Assembly (NCBI GenBank): GCA_910587795.1
Contig: CAJUNH010000004.1
Span: forward strand, 66,008 to 130,007
Length of the DNA: 64,000 nucleotides
Reading direction: 5' to 3'
Origin: an uncultured Christensenellaceae bacterium
GTDB taxonomy: Bacteria; Bacillota; Clostridia; Christensenellales; CAG-314
The notes beneath the pieces were generated by a model, which saw only the letters and a program-made list of their open reading frames with translations, was not told the origin of the DNA and made no database searches. Both the position numbers and the translations under genes were made by a program. Shown here in pieces: positions 26,166 through 35,415 of this stretch. Position 1 is the first letter of the stretch. Every line of letters begins with the position of its first letter.

Positions 26166-26318
26166 AAAGAGCAAACGCGATAATTAAGCAAAAAAACGGC
26201 GGTGAAAGTTTTGCCGAGTACAAAAAAGTTTAAGCTGACTTAATAAAAAACGATTAAAAATTCGGCAAATAGATAAATGTCTGCAAAGTATTTATCTGCT
26301 CGCCGTTTTTTCTTGCCT

Positions 26319-27188
26319 TTATACGCGCTGCGTAATTAGTTTGCTTTCGTCCAATGTGGGGTTAAACGAATCCGTAGTTTTAAATTGTTTATAATCAAGT
26401 TGGTAATCCGTCGGTAAACTGCTGGGAGAATATCCTGTTATTTCTAAAAAACTCCTGTTAAAATGGCGTATAGTAGAGTATCCGCACATAGAGGCAATTT
26501 CAGTAATCGAATATATATTTGTCGACGAAAGCAGTTCAATTGCTTTTTCTATGCGGACAAAGTTCATGTATTGCGAAAAAGTCATACCGCATAAATTTTT
26601 AAACAGTTTGCTAAAATATGTTTCACTCAACCCCATATAATCAGCTGCGTCTTTAAACGTTATAAATTCGTAATTTTTATCGATATGATTTAGCAATTCT
26701 TTGTATCCGGACAAAGTTTTTCCCTGGTTTTTGCTCGAATGCTCGGTTTGTTCTCGGCAAAAAATATCTGCTGTCAAATAAATGATTGCCGCGTTAGTTT
26801 TGCTTTCGTAAAATTGTTTTCTGTTTAGCAGTTCGCCTTGAATAAAGTCGAAATAACTGTTAAGGTCGTATTCGCATTTTAATATCGGGTCTGCAAGAAC
26901 GTAAAGCGAGGTTATATTTTCCACAAGGATATTGTCAAACAAAAAGATGTCTATAAGGCTGTCCTTTTCTCCGCTGATGTAATGTAAACTTCCGCTTTGG
27001 CAAAATACTGCTTGTCCTTGACCGACGAATCTTATTTCTCCGTTAATTGATATGTGCGCGCCGCCTTTTTTTATATAAATAATCTCATTATCTAAATGCC
27101 AATGGCTTAAATTGTGTAAATTAGCGTAAGTGCCCACCCAAATTTGTTCGTTTCCTACGTAACATCGTTTTTCGTGCTTACTCAGCAT
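26319..27188 (-). CDS. AraC-family transcriptional regulator (cupin + HTH_18)
   Basis: 289 aa. The C-terminus FSQYMNFVRIEKAIELL...ITEIASMCGYSTIRHFNRSFLEITGYSPS is the AraC double HTH. The gene is divergent from the arabinose operon. Confidence 0.85.
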   Translation of the reverse strand: MLSKHEKRCYVGNEQIWVGTYANLHNLSHWHLDNEIIYIKKGGAHISINGEIRFVGQGQAVFCQSGSLHYISGEKDSLIDIFLFDNILVENITSLYVLADPILKCEYDLNSYFDFIQGELLNRKQFYESKTNAAIIYLTADIFCREQTEHSSKNQGKTLSGYKELLNHIDKNYEFITFKDAADYMGLSETYFSKLFKNLCGMTFSQYMNFVRIEKAIELLSSTNIYSITEIASMCGYSTIRHFNRSFLEITGYSPSSLPTDYQLDYKQFKTTDSFNPTLDESKLITQRV

Positions 27189-27316
27189 AGTTTTTCCGTC
27201 CTTAAGTATTTATGTAAAGATAATAACGTAAAAACTAATAAATGTCCACCATAAGATAATAGTTTTCTTTAAATAGACTGAAATCGGTGTTAATATACTT
27301 GCAAAGGAAGAAAAAA

Positions 27317-28594
27317 ATGATTATTACTGCGTCACAAATTAAGCGCGGCGACTTACAATCGATAGAAACCGAATACGTAGTTATTGAAGAAGGATGTCTA
27401 AAAAACTTTAAAGATATACTTATTCAAAATAAAATTTCAGGCGTGGTAGCGGGGCTTTTCGATTCAAATACTATTTGCGCCGAAGGTATGTTTGTCCCCG
27501 ATTTGGATCAACAAATCGTACTTGACGCCGAGGGTTTACACGCAGATGAAAAAGCTGTGGAAAAAACATTGTCGCAGTTACGCTGCGACGTCAAAGTGAT
27601 TGCGGCGTTCGGTTCGGGTACTATAACCGACATTGCGCGGTATTGCGCCAAGCAGAAAAATTTGGTTTTAGTATGCTGTCCTACGGCGGCAAGCGTCGAT
27701 GGGTTTTGTTCGTCGGTGTGCGCAATGACGTTTAACGGCGTAAAAGTTACAATACCGTCGGTCGCGCCTAAAATAGTTGTCGCCGATCTTTCGGTAATAA
27801 AAAACGCGCCGAAAAGATTAGTTAAAAGCGGTTTGGGTGATATTTTAGGTAAATACGTATCTCTTGCGGATTGGCGGATTGCCCATTTGATAAACGGCGA
27901 GTATTACAGCGAAGATATTATGCAATTAGTATGCGGTGCGTTGGTCTCCGTTACGGATTTGGTAAAAAATAATGTTTTAAATGGAAACGAGTTTTATACG
28001 CAAATTACTTACGCGTTGCTATTGTCGGGCTTGGCTATGCAATTTATAGGTTCGTCCCGTCCCGCGTCCGGCGCGGAACATCATTTTTCGCATTTAATAA
28101 GCGTTGCCCCTCCGTCGCTTGGAATAACTTCAAACGCTTTGCACGGAGAAAGCGTGGGCATAGGCACGTTAGCGCTTGTCGGGCATTACAAAAACGCAGT
28201 AGCTCGTATGTTAAAGCACGACGGGTGTTTGCAAAAAATAATTGCCGAATTGACTAAATTGCGTCAAAACGGCAATAGGTTATACGGTTTAGACTTTTAC
28301 CGCCGTAATTTCGGTACGCTTGCCGAGCAGCTTTACAAAGAAAACGAAAACGATTGTCTTGCATCGGTTAAGGAAAATTTGCTGAAAAATAATTGGAAAG
28401 ACGTATGTCAGGTAATTGCCGAAATACCGTCCGTAGAGGAACTTAAAGCAATTTATATCAAATTAGGCATGAAAACGGATTTAAGCGATATAGGTGTAGA
28501 CGAAAGTAAAAAGGAACTTCTTGTAAGATTGAGCCCGAATATACGCAACAGACTAACTTTAAACAGACTTTTGCTGTTAGCAAATTTAATTTAA
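27317..28594 (+). CDS. Glycerol-1-phosphate dehydrogenase / AraM-like iron-type dehydrogenase
   Basis: Motifs GSGTITDIARY, ASVDGF, GLGDILGK and SGAEHHFSH are present. It starts at the ATG after AAGGAAG. An araM homolog sits in the B. subtilis ara operon. Confidence 0.65.
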   Translation: MIITASQIKRGDLQSIETEYVVIEEGCLKNFKDILIQNKISGVVAGLFDSNTICAEGMFVPDLDQQIVLDAEGLHADEKAVEKTLSQLRCDVKVIAAFGSGTITDIARYCAKQKNLVLVCCPTAASVDGFCSSVCAMTFNGVKVTIPSVAPKIVVADLSVIKNAPKRLVKSGLGDILGKYVSLADWRIAHLINGEYYSEDIMQLVCGALVSVTDLVKNNVLNGNEFYTQITYALLLSGLAMQFIGSSRPASGAEHHFSHLISVAPPSLGITSNALHGESVGIGTLALVGHYKNAVARMLKHDGCLQKIIAELTKLRQNGNRLYGLDFYRRNFGTLAEQLYKENENDCLASVKENLLKNNWKDVCQVIAEIPSVEELKAIYIKLGMKTDLSDIGVDESKKELLVRLSPNIRNRLTLNRLLLLANLI

Positions 28595-28636
28595 CCGACG
28601 GACATCGGTAAAATATAAGAAAGGAGAAATAATACT

Positions 28637-31009
28637 ATGAAAACGAAATGTTTACTTCCGTTAAAAAAATGGCCGCGCTCATTTACTGTTTTTTTTGCGT
28701 GTCTGTGCATTGTGGCGATATGCTTTCTCGTATCGTCGCTATGTATGACTAACGGTTGGACGGCTACGGTAAAAGATTTGCAAAACGCCGAAAACAGCGG
28801 CGTAATTACACGTACGCCCACGGACGGAGACGGTCCAAAGGAGTATACTATCAAAGGCAAGGTCACGTCGGGAATATTAATAATCCCCAAAAATGCCACA
28901 AAAGACAATCCCGCGCCCGCCGTTACGTTTACGCACGGCGTGTATAACAACCGTGAAATGCTTGAGCAGTTTGCTATTGAAATGGCGCGCCGCGGCTTTG
29001 TAACGCTGATGATCGACCGCGAGCAATCGGGGCATAACGACGACGTTACGGTCAATTCGGGCGATATATTGTTGGAAGCGTCCAAGTACTTAATTAACCT
29101 TACAGATAAAAACGGAAACCGCATCGTAGATGAAACCAGAGTAGGCGTAGCGGGCCATTCGTTTGCCGGTATGGTTATCAGCGGGGCGTTAGGGCTGGAT
29201 TCGCCTGTTGCTACCAGTAATGTAAAAATCGTAAAGACAAGTATGTTCGGCACGACAACCGAAACTAAAACTCTTGTCGGCGCCAGCGACGAAGCGCTCA
29301 GCGCGGGCTATCATATGGGCATTATCTCGGCGGCACTGCCTATCGGATGCGCTACGACGCGATACAATCCGGGCCCCAGTATCATTGCTTTGGGCGATAT
29401 AAAAGCAAATTCCGACGATATGTACGATGGCTGCACAACCAAAAATCCCGTTTACGTACCTATTGCCAAAAATATAATGACGGCGACCGATTTTGCGTCT
29501 GCGGTTAACGGAAAGTACAGCGGAAGCGTGGACGGTAATTTGTACGTTAAAAACGGCGACAGTTACGCAGCGGTTACGTCTGCCGATAATTTTAAGGCTA
29601 ATAAGCAGTATTATAAGTACACTTCAACAGGTGTAAATTCCAATTATTTTATGCAATCTCGCGAAGCGATGACGTTTGTCGGCTTGAACCCTGCCGAAGT
29701 AACAGGAGATTCTTACGGCATTGTAAACGGCGGTATTTACGACAAAAACACAGGCACGTTGCTTGCTCAACCTAAAGACGAAGTACAGTTTGTAAAAAGC
29801 AATACTAAATATGCGTCCGTTATGTCCAAGGGCGAAAAATTGGCGACAGAAGGCAGAAGCATACGCGTTTACTACGAATTTAAAGGAATACATCAATTTT
29901 GCACTTTTTCAACGGCTACGGCTGCCGCAAGCGTAGATTTTTTCTATTCGGCGTACGGCGTACCCTACGGCGCAAGGTTTATTTCTCCGGGTAATCAGGT
30001 ATGGACTTTAAAAGAAGCTGCGGGCGCGTTGGGTATAGTAGCGATGTTCGTAATGCTCATTGGATTGTTGGATCTGTTGCTGAAAACAAAATTTTTCTCG
30101 TCGCTTAAAGCTACAGACGAAGAAATAGCCGCAGGAAGTACCGAGCCTATATACAAAGATCCTTTAAAAGCGGTTTGCTATTGGCTGACATTTGCTGCAA
30201 CTGCCCTGTTTGGAGGATTGTTCTACTGTTATAAACTGGACGAGTGTTTCACCGACAGTATTTTTAAAATGCTTCTTGAAAGGGAACAGGGCATTATCTT
30301 CAATTTGGAACTTACCCGTTGGACGGAAGTGTGGAGATTTGCTTACTGGGGAATGGTATGTGCATTATTCGCCGTAGGCGTAACGCTGCTGTTTTGGCTG
30401 GTTCGTATAATCGTTAACAAGATAAGATATAAGGACGAATTCTGCAGTGAACACGTAGACAACCCGTTTGTCGGTTTTAAAGTTCGCAGCGGCAAAAACG
30501 CAATGAAAACCGTCCTTTTAGCAACGATAATTGTTTCGGCGTTTTATCTTATAGTATGGGCTATGTGGTACGTCAGTTGCGTTGACTTCCAAATATTCAC
30601 GCTTAATCTTAGAATATTTAAGGGATCGCGTATTATTTCTTATTTGAGCTATGCGCCTTACTTTATCGTATTCTATTTAGTTAACGGAGCTTTGGGACAA
30701 AACTATCGTGTAAAAGATATGCCCGAATGGCTGACTGTAACGTTACAGGTTATTGCAAATACGTTTGTATTTACGGTTATTATTTGGGCGGCTAACAATT
30801 ACTACATTAATGTAGGAGTCGTGCAAAACAACGCAGTTTGGAAGAATTTTTGTTATGCGTATCCCACTATACCTATGGTTGCGCTCTGTACCGTTGTTCA
30901 GCGCAGATTCTACACCCGTACGGGTAACGCTTGGCTGTCGGCTATCGTTTGCGGAGTTTTATCGGCATTCATTGCGTGCGCCAATCAGTGTGTCGGTTTC
31001 GGCATATAA
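28637..31009 (+). CDS. Fusion of secreted alpha/beta-hydrolase domain and polytopic membrane domain
   Basis: 790 aa. It has a signal anchor and the nucleophile elbow VAGHSFAGM (GxSxG). The C-terminal ~330 aa contain many hydrophobic helices. Confidence 0.6.
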   Translation: MKTKCLLPLKKWPRSFTVFFACLCIVAICFLVSSLCMTNGWTATVKDLQNAENSGVITRTPTDGDGPKEYTIKGKVTSGILIIPKNATKDNPAPAVTFTHGVYNNREMLEQFAIEMARRGFVTLMIDREQSGHNDDVTVNSGDILLEASKYLINLTDKNGNRIVDETRVGVAGHSFAGMVISGALGLDSPVATSNVKIVKTSMFGTTTETKTLVGASDEALSAGYHMGIISAALPIGCATTRYNPGPSIIALGDIKANSDDMYDGCTTKNPVYVPIAKNIMTATDFASAVNGKYSGSVDGNLYVKNGDSYAAVTSADNFKANKQYYKYTSTGVNSNYFMQSREAMTFVGLNPAEVTGDSYGIVNGGIYDKNTGTLLAQPKDEVQFVKSNTKYASVMSKGEKLATEGRSIRVYYEFKGIHQFCTFSTATAAASVDFFYSAYGVPYGARFISPGNQVWTLKEAAGALGIVAMFVMLIGLLDLLLKTKFFSSLKATDEEIAAGSTEPIYKDPLKAVCYWLTFAATALFGGLFYCYKLDECFTDSIFKMLLEREQGIIFNLELTRWTEVWRFAYWGMVCALFAVGVTLLFWLVRIIVNKIRYKDEFCSEHVDNPFVGFKVRSGKNAMKTVLLATIIVSAFYLIVWAMWYVSCVDFQIFTLNLRIFKGSRIISYLSYAPYFIVFYLVNGALGQNYRVKDMPEWLTVTLQVIANTFVFTVIIWAANNYYINVGVVQNNAVWKNFCYAYPTIPMVALCTVVQRRFYTRTGNAWLSAIVCGVLSAFIACANQCVGFGI

Positions 31010-31072
31010 TTATCAAATGTTTTTTTGCGGAAGTTCCGTACTTTTTACGGCTCATATTTTTCCGCAAAGATT

Positions 31073-31100
31073 CAAGCAGGCTACCTAGGCAGCCTGCTTG
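31073..31100 (+). other. Intra-operon 10-bp perfect stem-loop (CAAGCAGGCT / AGCCTGCTTG)
   Basis: Read directly. It lies between the hydrolase-membrane gene and the kinase gene, and no clear U-tract follows. Confidence 0.5.
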
Positions 31101-31128
31101 TTGCTGAAATAGTATAACTGAGGTTGAT

Positions 31129-32721
31129 ATGGATCAAATTGCAGAATTTATAACGGACGGAAACGCTGTTTTGGGAATAGAAATAGGATCTACCAGAATC
31201 AAATCTTCGCTTATAGACGGAGAATACAATGTAATTGCGAGCGGTTCTTACGTTTGGGAAAATAAATTTGTCGACGGATACTGGACGTATTCGCAAGAGG
31301 ATATATGGAAAGGTTTGCAAGGAAGTTATCTCGATTTGTGCGGCGACGTCTTTAATCGTTACAGAGTACATATCTCAAAGCTTAAAGCAATAGGCGTTTC
31401 TGCGATGATGCATGGTTATTTACCTTTCGGCGCTAACGGCGAACAGCTTGTTCCTTTTAGGACTTGGCGCAACTCTACGACAGCGGCCGCAGCCGAAAAA
31501 CTTACGAAATTGTTCGGTTTTCACGTTCCTCAGCGTTGGAGTATAGCTCACTTGTATCAGGCGATCCTTAATTGCGAGTCTCATGTAAAAGACGTTTGTT
31601 ATCTTACCACTCTTGCAGGATACGTTCATTGGAAGCTTACGGGTTGCAAAGCGGTAGGCGTAGGCGAAGCGTCTGGAATAGTCCCTTTAAACGCAGACGG
31701 AACCGACTACGACGAAGAAATGGTGTCGAAATTTGATAAACTTGTTTCGCCGAACGGATTTTCTTGGAAATTGCGCGGCATTTTACCGAAAATTCTTCGA
31801 GCGGGAGCAACTGCAGGATATTTGACTGTCGATGGCGCAAAGCTTTTGGATGCTTCGGGAAAGTTACTTCAAGGAACACCTTTTTGCCCTCCCGAGGGAG
31901 ACGCTCAAACGGGAATGACCTCTACTAACAGCGTTAAAGCTAAGACCGGCAATATTTCGGCGGGCACGTCGGTATTTGCTATGATAACGCTTGACAAACC
32001 TCTCAGCAAGTATTATCGCGAGGTAGACATAGTAGCTACGCCTCAGGGCAAACCGACGGCTATGGTTCATTGCAATAATTGCAGCAGTGATATAAACGCT
32101 TGGGCGGATATTTTTGCACAATTCGCCTCAGCGAGCGGGATAAATATCAGCAGAAACGATTTGTACGGCTTATTGTTTGCCGAATCGTTAAAGGGCGACG
32201 ACGATTGCGCCGAAATGCTTTCATATAATTTTCTGTCGGGAGAACATATAGTGGATTTGACGGAAGGCAGACCGATTTTCGCAAGAAGTCCCGACTGCAA
32301 ATTTACTCTTGCAAACTTTATTAAAAACCTTTTGTATTCGTCTTTTTGCGTATTAAAACGCGGAATGGACGTATTATGTAGAGCCGAAAACGTTCAAATA
32401 GACAATCTTGTAGCGCAGGGCGGGATGTTTAAAATAAAACATGTGGCGCAGCAAATTTTATCTAACGCGTTAAACGTTCCTATATTAGTGCGCGATACGG
32501 CAGGCGAAGGAGGAGCATGGGGTATGGCGCTCCTTGCTTCTTATATGCTCGATAACGGTAATTTGCCTCTTGACGAATTTTTGGATTTAAAAGTTTTTTC
32601 AAATCGTTCGGGCGACTGTGTGCGTCCGTCGGTAGGCGGTGTAAAGGGATTTAACCGTTATTATAACCGCTTTCTTAAATGTTTGGATGTGGAACGGGAA
32701 ACGGTAAGGAGGTTAAAATAA
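31129..32721 (+). CDS. FGGY-family pentulose kinase (probable L-ribulokinase)
   Basis: 530 aa. The N-terminus LGIEIGSTRIKS is the actin-like ATPase phosphate-1 motif, and GGMFK...GEGGAWGMA lies near the C-terminus. The gene sits between ara genes. Confidence 0.65.
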   Translation: MDQIAEFITDGNAVLGIEIGSTRIKSSLIDGEYNVIASGSYVWENKFVDGYWTYSQEDIWKGLQGSYLDLCGDVFNRYRVHISKLKAIGVSAMMHGYLPFGANGEQLVPFRTWRNSTTAAAAEKLTKLFGFHVPQRWSIAHLYQAILNCESHVKDVCYLTTLAGYVHWKLTGCKAVGVGEASGIVPLNADGTDYDEEMVSKFDKLVSPNGFSWKLRGILPKILRAGATAGYLTVDGAKLLDASGKLLQGTPFCPPEGDAQTGMTSTNSVKAKTGNISAGTSVFAMITLDKPLSKYYREVDIVATPQGKPTAMVHCNNCSSDINAWADIFAQFASASGINISRNDLYGLLFAESLKGDDDCAEMLSYNFLSGEHIVDLTEGRPIFARSPDCKFTLANFIKNLLYSSFCVLKRGMDVLCRAENVQIDNLVAQGGMFKIKHVAQQILSNALNVPILVRDTAGEGGAWGMALLASYMLDNGNLPLDEFLDLKVFSNRSGDCVRPSVGGVKGFNRYYNRFLKCLDVERETVRRLK

Positions 32722-33410
32722 TGTTGGAGCAGCTTAAACTAGACGTATTGCAAGCTAATCTCGATTTGGTAAAAAACGGTTTAGTTTTGTTTACGTGGGG
32801 AAATGTGTCTGCAATAGACCGTGAGAGCGGTTACGTAGTAATAAAGCCCAGCGGAGTGGAATATGTAAATATGTCCGCCGAAGATATGGTAGTAGTGGAT
32901 TTGGACGGTAAGATCGCGGAGGGTAAATATCGCCCATCGTCCGATACTCCTACACATTTGGAAATTTACAAACAGCACAGTGAAATCGGAGGTATAGTTC
33001 ACACGCACAGTGCATACGCTACGGCATTTGCTCAAGCGGGCAGGCGTATTCCCGTTTACGGAACGACTCACGCGGACTATTTTTATGGGGATATACCGTG
33101 CGCGCGTACTCTTACTTTTGCCGAAACGGAAGATTACGAAAAAAATACGGGGGTGATAATAAACGAAACGTTTGCACATAAAGATGTTTCCGCCGTTCCC
33201 GCATGTTTAGTCGCGCACCACGGCGTATTTGCTTGGGGAAAAAACGCCTCGCAGGCGGTATATCACGCTACGGTAGCGGAGCAAGTAGCTAAAACAGCGT
33301 TTTTAACCGAGCTACTCGGCGGCAGCGACGTACTTCCCCGGCATATTGCGGACAAGCACTACAAGCGTAAGCACGGAAAAAACGCTTATTACGGACAAAA
33401 TAAGAGGTAG
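32721..33410 (+). CDS. araD: L-ribulose-5-phosphate 4-epimerase
   Basis: 229 aa counted from the ATG overlapping the kinase stop (TAATG). The class II aldolase/epimerase pattern is GNVSAIDRE...VVIKPSGVEY...PSSDTPTHLEIY...GGIVHTHS. Confidence 0.85.
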   Translation: MLEQLKLDVLQANLDLVKNGLVLFTWGNVSAIDRESGYVVIKPSGVEYVNMSAEDMVVVDLDGKIAEGKYRPSSDTPTHLEIYKQHSEIGGIVHTHSAYATAFAQAGRRIPVYGTTHADYFYGDIPCARTLTFAETEDYEKNTGVIINETFAHKDVSAVPACLVAHHGVFAWGKNASQAVYHATVAEQVAKTAFLTELLGGSDVLPRHIADKHYKRKHGKNAYYGQNKR

Positions 33411-33413
33411 TAT

Positions 33414-34835
33414 ATGAAAAAGCTATACTTTATTACAGGCAGTCAAGACTTGTACGGCGCAGATACTCTAAAACAAGTGGCAGCTGACAGCCGTCAAATT
33501 ATAGAATATCTAAATTTGCGTTTAAAAAATACTGCCGAGATAGTTTGGCAGCCCACGGTAACTACTTCAGACGAAGCAGAAGACGTATTTATAAAAGCGA
33601 CAGCAGATAAGGATTGCGTAGGCGTAATAACATGGATGCATACGTTTTCTCCTGCTAAAATGTGGATACGCGGACTGCAAATTTTAAATAAACCTATGTT
33701 GCACTTACATACGCAAGCAAACGAAAAAATTCCCTACGAAAGCATAAATATGGATTTTATGAATCTTAATCAGTCGGCGCACGGCGACAGGGAATTCGGT
33801 TTTATTTGCGCACGGCTGGGAGTAAAGCGCGAAGTTGCGGTAGGGTATTATAAGCACGATTGCGTAATAGAAAAAGTCCGTTCTTTTGCGCAGGTCGCAA
33901 TAGCCGTTGATTTTTCACGCAGAATGAAGGTTGCGATGTTCGGCAGCAATATGCGCGACGTTGCGGTTACCGACGGAGACAGAGTTGAAAGCGAAATTCG
34001 TTACGGCTGGAACGTCAATTACTACGGCATAGGCGATTTGGTGGATTTAATCGAAGGCGTTACCGAGCGTGAAATTGACGAAAAAACGGCGCAGTATGCA
34101 GAAAAATACGAAATGGCAACAGACGATATCGTCTCGGTAAAGGAGCAGGCAAAGTATCAAATAGCGATTGAAAAATTTTTGAAAAGGGAAAAAGTATCCG
34201 CTTTTACCGATACATTTCAGGATTTGCACGGTTTAAATCAGCTTCCCGGACTTGCTGTTCAGGATATAATGGCTAAGGGCGTAGGTTTCGGTCCCGAAGG
34301 CGATTACAAAACAAGCGCGTTAATGGCAGTTATGTGTAAAATGGCTCTGGGTCGCCTCGGCGCCACTGCATTTACCGAAGACTATACTTACGATTTGACT
34401 GCGGGCGACGAAAAAGAGCTGGCTTCGCATATGTTGGAAATTTCTCCCGTATTTGCGGCGGAAAAGCCAAAAATTCAAGTTCATCCTTTGAGCATCGGCG
34501 GTAAGCAGGCTCCGGCGCGATTAGTGTTTGACGGTATAGAGGGCGAAGGAATAGCCGTTTCTATGGTAGATATTGGCTCGCATTTCCGTCTTGTATGCGC
34601 CAAAATAAATTTAATACGCCAGCCTCAGCCAATGCCGAACCTTCCCGTTGCAAGACTTATGTGGAAATTAATTCCCGATTTTAAAACAGGAGCGGCGGCG
34701 TGGATATATGCAGGCGGAGCGCATCATGCGGTTGTGTCAACTGCGCTTACGGTCGACGATATCCGTATGTTTGCAAAATTTACGGATACCGAAATTGTAG
34801 TAATAGACGAAAATACAAAACTTACCGACATGTAA
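33414..34835 (+). CDS. araA: L-arabinose isomerase
   Basis: 473 aa. MKKLYFITGSQDLYGADTL... and the size and position are typical of AraA. Confidence 0.85.
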   Translation: MKKLYFITGSQDLYGADTLKQVAADSRQIIEYLNLRLKNTAEIVWQPTVTTSDEAEDVFIKATADKDCVGVITWMHTFSPAKMWIRGLQILNKPMLHLHTQANEKIPYESINMDFMNLNQSAHGDREFGFICARLGVKREVAVGYYKHDCVIEKVRSFAQVAIAVDFSRRMKVAMFGSNMRDVAVTDGDRVESEIRYGWNVNYYGIGDLVDLIEGVTEREIDEKTAQYAEKYEMATDDIVSVKEQAKYQIAIEKFLKREKVSAFTDTFQDLHGLNQLPGLAVQDIMAKGVGFGPEGDYKTSALMAVMCKMALGRLGATAFTEDYTYDLTAGDEKELASHMLEISPVFAAEKPKIQVHPLSIGGKQAPARLVFDGIEGEGIAVSMVDIGSHFRLVCAKINLIRQPQPMPNLPVARLMWKLIPDFKTGAAAWIYAGGAHHAVVSTALTVDDIRMFAKFTDTEIVVIDENTKLTDM

Positions 34836-35100
34836 CTATAACTGTATCGGAGCATTTAATTGTTTTAGAAAGTGCAGTAAATCTTTTTAATACCGTTGCT
34901 GTATAATATTAATAATTTATAAAAAATACAAAACGCGCCGTTAAAATTTTGTTATGATTTGCTTAAAAAGTTGAAAATTACTCGGTATAAATATTATTGT
35001 CGGCGCAGCCGTGGGTGTGCGCAGCGGCGGTTTGGCCCATTAAGTAGCCGTACGTGGCACAAGTTTCGTTATGGTTTTTAATTCAAATAATCATTAATGC

Positions 35101-35139
35101 GGACGGAAAAATAATTCCGTCCGTATTTCGTATTTTTTT
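35101..35139 (+). terminator. Rho-independent terminator
   Basis: The stem is GGACGGAA/TTCCGTCC with a 6-nt loop. T-rich sequence ending in TTTTTTT follows. Confidence 0.6.
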
Positions 35140-35151
35140 GCGCTTATTTTA

Positions 35152-35191
35152 TTGAAAATTTGTTCTAAATTGTGTATACTAACATATGTAC
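35152..35191 (+). promoter_or_regulatory. Promoter (TTGAAA - 17 nt - TATACT) overlapped by two imperfect LexA/Cheo-like boxes
   Basis: GAAAATTTGTTC (35154-35165) has 1 mismatch to GAAC-N4-GTTC. AACATATGTAC (35181-35191) has 2 mismatches to GAACATATGTTC. The site is upstream of the Y-family polymerase gene. Confidence 0.35.
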
Positions 35192-35415
35192 AGATGTAAA
35201 TGCACTGTAAAGTAAGAAAGCCGCGGACGGTAGGTAATTTTGTATTAGCAGATTAATAAATGATTTTGGAATAAAAAATCTATTAAAAAACAATCTTACT
35301 AAACGCTTATAAAAGGTGTCTAAAAATAATGTGAGGCTATTTTTAATTTTTTGCCGTGCGGTTAAAGTATAAAAGATGTTGGGTTGTGCTATACATTATT
35401 TGCAAAGAGGTTTAA

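Noticed and set aside
28591-29253. 220-aa minus-strand ORF overlapping the start of the hydrolase-membrane gene.
   Set aside because: It is antisense to a gene with clear GxSxG hydrolase motifs and has no start context. It is a shadow ORF.
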